Positions 58,101-64,000 of a stretch of 64,000 nucleotides of DNA are shown here, one piece after another. Both the position numbers and the translations under genes were made by a program. Within the stretch, counting starts at the first letter, position 1. Each line of letters starts with the position of its first letter. The stretch is from assembly GCA_002269645.1 (NCBI GenBank), contig NIVC01000845.1:124001-188000 (forward strand), read 5' to 3'. This DNA is from Macrostomum lignano. Taxonomy: Eukaryota. Under the pieces are notes generated by a model. It was not told the DNA's origin. It saw only the letters and a program-made list of their open reading frames with translations, and made no database searches.

Positions 58101-61100
58101 TAAGATTGTATCCAGGTACCTAAGATTGTACCCAGGTACCTAAGATTGTACCCAGACAACCATAATTGTACAGAGGTACCTAAAATGTACCCAAGTATCT
58201 AAAAATGTACCCAGGTACCTAAAAATGTACCCAGGTATCTAAAAATGTACTTAAGTACCTAAAAATGTACCCAGGTATCTAAAATGTACCCAAGTACCTA
58301 AATATGTACCCAGGTACCTAAAAATGTACCCAGGTACCTAAAAATGTACCCAAGTACCTAAAAATGTACCCAGGTACCTAAAAATGTACCCAGGTACCTA
58401 AAAATGTACCCAGGTATCTAAAATGTACCCAAGTACCTAAATAATGTACCCAGGTACCTAAAAATGTACCCAGGTACCTAAAAATGTATCCAGACACCCA
58501 GGTGCCAAAGAATCTATCTAATTGTTAGCAATTTACTTAGAAGAGATACCACTGAATCTTTAATCCGCAGCCCTGAGAAGTATCGACAATTTTCGAAATC
58601 TTGTCGAACTCTGCGAACTCGAAGAGGTCGATTTCAACAACCACCGAGACGCCTCCGCCGACGCCGCTGCCTCAGCCGCAGACGAAGTCCAGATGGATGT
58701 TCGCAACAGCGTTGCAGACGATAATTGCAAACATGGTCACAGCCACGGCGGTCAAGGACAACTGGCCTCAATGGCCTGGATGGTGGTCCTTGGCGATGGG
58801 CTGCACAATTTCGCTGACGGCATGGCGATTGGAGCCGCCTTCGCGCAGAGCCTGGCTGGCGGGCTGTCCACCAGCCTGGCGGTGCTGTGCCACGAGCTGC
58901 CGCACGAGCTGGGTGAGTCCGAGGCGTGAGAGTCCGTAGCTGTGAGGTGTGAGAGTCCCTAGCTGTGAGGTGTGAGATTCCGTAGCTGTGAGGTGTGAGA
59001 GTCCGTAGCTGTGAGGTGTGAGAGTCCCTAGCTGTGAGATGTGAGAGTCCCTAGCTGTGAGGTGTGAGAGTCCCTAGCTGTGAGGTGTGAGAGTCCCTAG
59101 CTGTGAGGTGTAGGAGTCCCTAGCTGTGAGATGTGAGAGTCCCTAGCTGTGAGGTGTGAGAGTCCCTAGCTGTGAGGTGTGAGAGTCCCTAGCTGTGAGG
59201 TGTAAGAGTCCCTAGCTGTGAGGTGTGAGAGTCCCTAGCTGTGAGGTGTGAGAGTCCCTAGCTGTGAGGTGTAAGAGTCCCTAGCTGTGAGGTGTGAGAG
59301 TCCCTAGCTGTGAGGTGTAAGAGTCCCTAGCTGTGAGGTGTAAGAGTCCATAGCTGTGAGGTGTGAGAGTCCCTTAGCTATGAGGTGTGAGAGTCCGTAG
59401 CTGTGAGGTGTGAGAGTCCAAAGCCGCAGGCTGAGAGTCCAAAGCCGCAGGCTGAGAGTCCAAAGCCGCAGGCTGAGAGTTCAAAGCCGCAGGCTGAGAG
59501 TCCAAAGCCGCAGGCTGAGAGTCCTAAGCCGCAGGCTGAGAGTTCAAAGCCGCAGGCTGAGAGTCCAAAGCCGCAGGCTGAGAGTTCAAAGCCGCAGGCT
59601 GAGAGTTCAAAGCCGCAGGCTGAGAGTCCAAAGCCGCAGGCTGAGAGTCCAAAGCCGCAGGCTGAGAGTCCAAAGCCGCAGGCTGAGAGTCCAAAGCCAC
59701 AGGCTGAGAGTCCTAAGCCGCAGGCTGAGAGTCCAAAGCCGCAGGCTGAGAGTCCAAAGCCGCAGGCTGAGAGTCCAAAGCCGCAGGCTGAGAGTCCAAA
59801 GCCGCAGGCTGAGAGTCCTAAGCCGCAGGCTGAGAGTCCAAAGCCGCAGGCTGAGAGTCCAAAGCCGCAGGCTGAGAGTCCTAAGCCGCAGGCTGAGAGT
59901 CCAAAGCCGCAGGCTGAGAGTCCATAGCCGCAGGCTGAGAGTCCAAAGCCGCAGGCTGAGAGTCCAAAGCCGCAGGCTGAGAGTCCAAAGCCGCAGGCTG
60001 AGAGTCCAAAGCCGCAGGCTGAGAGTCCAAAGCCGCAGGCTGAGAGTCCAAAGCCGCAGGCTGAGAGTCCAAAGCCGCAGGCTGAGAGTCCAAAGCCGCA
60101 GGCTGAGAGTCCTAAGCCGCAGGCTGAGAGTCCTAAGCCGCAGTCTGAGAGTCCAAAGCCGCAGGCTGAGAGTCCAAAGCCGCAGGCTGAGAGTCCAAAG
60201 CCGCAGGCTGAGAGTCCAAAGCCGCAGGCTGAGAGTCCAAAGCCGCAGGCTGAGAGTCCTAAGCCGCAGGCTGAGAGTCCTAAGCCGCAGGCTGAGAGTC
60301 CAAAGCCGCAGGCTGAGAGTCCAAAGCCGCAGGCTGAGAGTCCAAAGCCGCAGGCTGAGAGTCCTAAGCCGCAGGCTGAGAGTCCAAAGCCGCAGGCTGA
60401 GAGTCCTAAGCCGCAGGCTGAGAGTCCAAAGCCGCAGGCTGAGAGTCCAAAGCCGCAGGCTGAGAGTCCAAAGCCGCAGGCTGAGAGTCCAAAGCCGCAG
60501 GCTGAGAGTCCAAAGCCGCAGGCTGAGAGTCCAAAGCCGCAGGCTGAGAGTCCAGATCCCGCTCTGTCTCGACCAGGCGACTTCGCGGTGCTGCTGAAGA
60601 CGGGGATGCCGCCGCGCCGCGCCCTGCTGTGCAACGCGCTCTCCTCAGCCCTGGCCGCCGCAGGCGCCGCGGTGGGCGTCTGCGCCGGGAACGCTACGAA
60701 CGCCAGCTACTGGATCTTCGCCGTGACTGGCGGGATCTTCGTGTACATCTCGCTGGTAGACATGGTAAGGCCGGCTGACCGAACCCAGCCTGTCTTCTTG
60801 CTCCTGCTCAGCTGCTTACTTAGCTACTCACTCAGCTACTCACTCAGCTACTCACTAAGCTACTCACTCAGCTACTCACTCAGCTGCTCACTCAGCTACT
60901 CACTCAGCTACTCACTCAGCTACTCACTCAGCTGCTCCCTCAGCTACTCACTCAGCTACTCACTCAGCTGCTCACTCAGCTACTCACTCAGCTACTCACT
61001 CAGCTACTCACTCAGCTACTCACTCAGCTACTCACTCAGCTGCTCACTCAGCTACTCACTCAGCTACTCACTCAGCTGCTCCCTCATCTGTTCACTCAGC

Positions 61101-61934
61101 TGCTCACTCGTCTGTTCACTCGGCTACTCACTCAGCTACTGACTCAACTACTCACTCAGCTACTCACTCAGCTAATCACTAAGCTACTCACTCAGCTAAT
61201 TACTCAGCTGCTCACTCAGCTAATCACTCTGCTGCTCACTCAGCTACTCACTCAACTACTCACTCAGCTACTCACTCAGCTAATCACTCAGCTGCTCACT
61301 CAGCTAACCACTCTGCTGCTCACTCAACTACTCACTTAGCTAATCACTCTGCTGCTCACTCAGCTACTCACTCAGCTACTCACTCATCTACTCACTCAGC
61401 TACTCACTCAGCTGCTCACTTAGCTACTCACTCAGCTACTCACTCAGCTACTCACTCAGCTACTCACTCAACTACTCACTCAGCTACTCACTCAGCTGCT
61501 CACTTAGCTACTCACTAAGCTACTTACTCAGCTACTCACTAAGCTACTCACTCAGCTACTCACTAAGCTACTCACTCAGCTACTCACTACGCTACTCACT
61601 CAGCTACTCACTACGCTACTCACTCAGCTACTCACTCAGCTACTCACTCACATCCTAAGTAAGCTACTTACTCAGCTGCTTGGTCAGCTACTTACTAAAT
61701 ATTCCACCCAACCGCTAAGACAAATATTTGATTCACTCAGCCGCACTACCTGCCTCCCCACCCCGCCTTGACCAGCTGCCGGAGCTCAACCTCGTTCACG
61801 TGAAATCCGGTGAGTCCCGGCTGGCACACTTCGCCCTGCAAAATGCTGGCATCGCCACCGGCGTCGGCACCATGCTGGTCATCGCGCTGTTCGAGGACAG
61901 CCTCCGGGCTCTGCTGGGTGACACTGAGCACTGA
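55148..61934 (+). CDS. SLC39A10: LIV-1 subfamily ZIP zinc transporter (SLC39A10/A6/foi-like), 424 aa
   Basis: Exons 55148-55259, 55852-56021, 56411-56578, 57407-57542, 58571-58912, 60577-60764, 61776-61934; phases consistent (1275 nt). Signal peptide; [64 protein letters not shown]|[13 protein letters not shown]10 versus A6 orthology is tentative. Confidence 0.93.
55335..55542. mobile_element. Small degraded MITE in ZIP intron 1
   Basis: Imperfect ends gtagtaacgtacgcag versus the reverse complement of ctgcgttcgccactgc (12/16 matches). Confidence 0.4.
55555..55710. repeat. 6/12-bp repeat (agccttatcctt)n
   Basis: ZIP intron 1. Confidence 0.9.
56243..56383 (+). mobile_element. Second copy of the CAGGGG element (unexpanded) in ZIP intron 2
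   Basis: Colinear with 22170-22300. Confidence 0.55.
57158..57388. repeat. About 38-bp repeat (atctgaatcaatgtacaccgctgcccacctcactccc), 6 units
   Basis: ZIP intron 3. Confidence 0.9.
58070..58500. repeat. About 21-bp minisatellite (aaaaatgtacccaggtaccta)n
   Basis: ZIP intron 4. Confidence 0.92.
58925..60553. repeat. Compound minisatellite: 23-bp (gtgtgagagtccctagctgtgag)n, then 21-bp (gctgagagtccaaagccgcag)n
   Basis: ZIP intron 5 (58913-60576); switch at about 59410. Confidence 0.96.
60815..61690. repeat. 12-bp minisatellite (cactcagctact)n
   Basis: ZIP intron 6. Confidence 0.95.
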
Positions 61935-61959
61935 GCTGATCTGGCCTGAATCATTGATA

Positions 61960-63240
61960 GAGTAGAATGGATTTCTAATCTAGCCTACATCAATAAAGGA
62001 ACAGAATGGATTGCTAATCTAGCCTACATCAATGAAGGAATAGAATGGATTGCTAATCTAGCCTACCCAAATGAAGGAATAGAATGGATTGCTAATCTAG
62101 CCTACATGAATGAAGGAATAGAATGGATTTCTAATCTAGCCTACATCAATAAAGGAACAGAATGGATTGCTAATCTAGCCTACACAAATGAAGGAATAGA
62201 ATGGATTGCTAATCTAGCCTACACAAATGAAGGAATAGAATGGATTGGTAATCTAGCCTACCCAAATGAAGGAATAAAATGGATTGCTAATCTAGCCTAC
62301 CCAAATGAAGGAATAAAATGGATTGCTAATCTAGCCTACCCAAATGAAGGAATAAAATGGATTGCTAATCTAGCCTACCCAAATGAAGGAATAGAATGGA
62401 TTGCTAATCTAGCCTACATCAATGAAGGAATAGAATGGATTGCTAATCTAGCCTACATCAATGAAGGAATAGAATGGATTGCTAATCTAACCTACATCAA
62501 TGAAGGAATAGAATGGATTGCTAATCTAGCCTACATCAATGAAGGAATAGAATGGATTGCTAATCTAGCCTACATCAATGAAGGAATAGAATGGATTGCT
62601 AATCTAACCTACATCAATGAAGGAATAGAATGGATTGCTAATCTAGCCTACATCAGTGAAGGAATAGAATGGATTGCTAATCTAGCCTACCCAAATGAAG
62701 GAATAGAATGGATTGCTAATCTAGCCTACATCAATGAAGGAATAGAATGGATTGCTAATCCAGCCTACCCAAATGAAGGAATAGAATGGATTGCTAATCT
62801 AGCCTACATCAATGAAGGAATAGAATGGATTGCTAATCTAGCCTACATCAATGAAGGAATAGAATGGATTGCTAATCTAGCCTACATCAATGAAGGAATA
62901 GAATGGATTGCTAATCTAGCCTGCATCAGTGAAGGAATAGAATGGATTGCTAATCTAGCCTACATCAATGAAGGAATAGAATGGATTGCTAATCTAGCCT
63001 ACATCAATGAAGGAATAGAATGGATTGCTAATCTAGCCTGCATCAATGAAGGAATAGAATGGATTGCTAATCTAGCCTACACCAATGAATAGAATGGATT
63101 GCTAATCTAGCCTACATCAATGAATAGAATGGATTGCTAATCTAGCCTACACCAATGAATAGAATGGATTGCTAATCTAGCCTTCACCAATGAATAGAAT
63201 GGATTGCTAATCTAGCCTGCATCAATGAAGGAATAGAATG
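61960..63240. repeat. 39-bp satellite (aatgaaggaatagaatggattgctaatctagcctacatc), about 33 units
   Basis: Directly 3' of the ZIP stop; explains the (NEGIEWIANLAYI)n ORF. Confidence 0.96.
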
Positions 63241-63839
63241 GTCATATAGATGCAGAACAAACAGAACTTATTCACTTCAAGCTCCATAAAAGCCGAGCTC
63301 TCAGCTCACTCAGCTTGTTAACAACTGCTGCTTCTGTGGCAATAGTCAAACCAGCTTTAGGCTAGGCTTTCGTTTGAAGCCTTTTCCAGAGGCGCAGAGA
63401 GAAGAAGAGCCTCATGCCTGACCACAATTCATGCTGGCATTGCGTCCGAAGTAAACAGTTGTTTTGACACAATGAATTCGGCAGCTCGCTCTGGAGCCGT
63501 CGCCGCCGCCCCGCAGTTGTGTGAAGGGCCTGCAAGCACATTGTGAGTCGGCTGCCTCACTTGCAGCCTCATCAATGCGCTGATGTGCGCTGAAATCTGC
63601 CTCCCTAATAAAGAACTCGTAGCACTTTTGATGCTCTACCGTCAGTCCTAATCTGCTTTTGATTTGTTCACATTTCTTTGTGAAAATATAGCCATCACAT
63701 TGCTTTATATTTCACATCAATGAGGACAGTTGCTATGCAGCTAATATTAGCTGATTAAGAAACTCTGGATAGTCGCGCTTATTTCTATCTTGTGCACCTT
63801 AGCAACTGTGAGCACCATAGCTCACATAGCATAAAGTGA

Positions 63840-64000
63840 GTCTTCCCACTCTCATTCTTCCCACTCTCCCTCTACCCAATTTCTATCTTTCCACTCTCCC
63901 TCTCTCCACTCTATATCTCCTCACTCTCCCTCTCCTCACTCTCCCTCTCCTCACTCTCCCTCTCCTCACTCTCCATCTCTCCACTCTCCCTCTCTCCACT
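63840..64000. repeat. CT-rich (ctctcccact)-type repeat
   Basis: Same family as 5370-6100. Confidence 0.85.

Noticed and set aside
59378-60634. (AESPKPQ)n / (LSACGFG)n ORFs
   Set aside because: They lie inside ZIP intron 5 between homology-supported exons.
62106-63092. 328-aa (NEGIEWIANLAYI)n repeat protein
   Set aside because: A 39-bp satellite that also occurs in a TTLL11 intron; no unique coding flank.
63380-63600. Minus-strand terminal exons near the window end
   Set aside because: Short frames, an implausibly small intron and no recognisable product.

Overview
Eukaryotic (animal) genomic DNA. GC-rich short exons, minisatellite-filled introns, a CORE-type SINE and a Sec-using SelM are consistent with the free-living flatworm Macrostomum; this is an inference, not proven. 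Genes rebuilt by hand from GT-AG sites: TTLL11 (+, 5' exons not found), an orphan 204-aa four-exon gene (-), a 202-aa four-TM membrane protein (-), TMED9/TMED4-like p24 (-), ARF6 (+), a disabled tetraspanin (-), selenoprotein M with an in-frame TGA and a candidate type-2 SECIS (+), and a LIV-1 ZIP zinc transporter (+). Roughly a third of the window is tandem repeat, and almost all long ORFs in the supplied track are artefacts of these arrays. There are also non-autonomous DNA transposons, two of them with perfect 9-bp TSDs and one interrupting a reconstructable ORF, plus a SINE and two copies of a structured ~220-nt element. No CRISPR, rRNA or tRNA genes were seen. All coordinates were read by eye; repeat boundaries are approximate.
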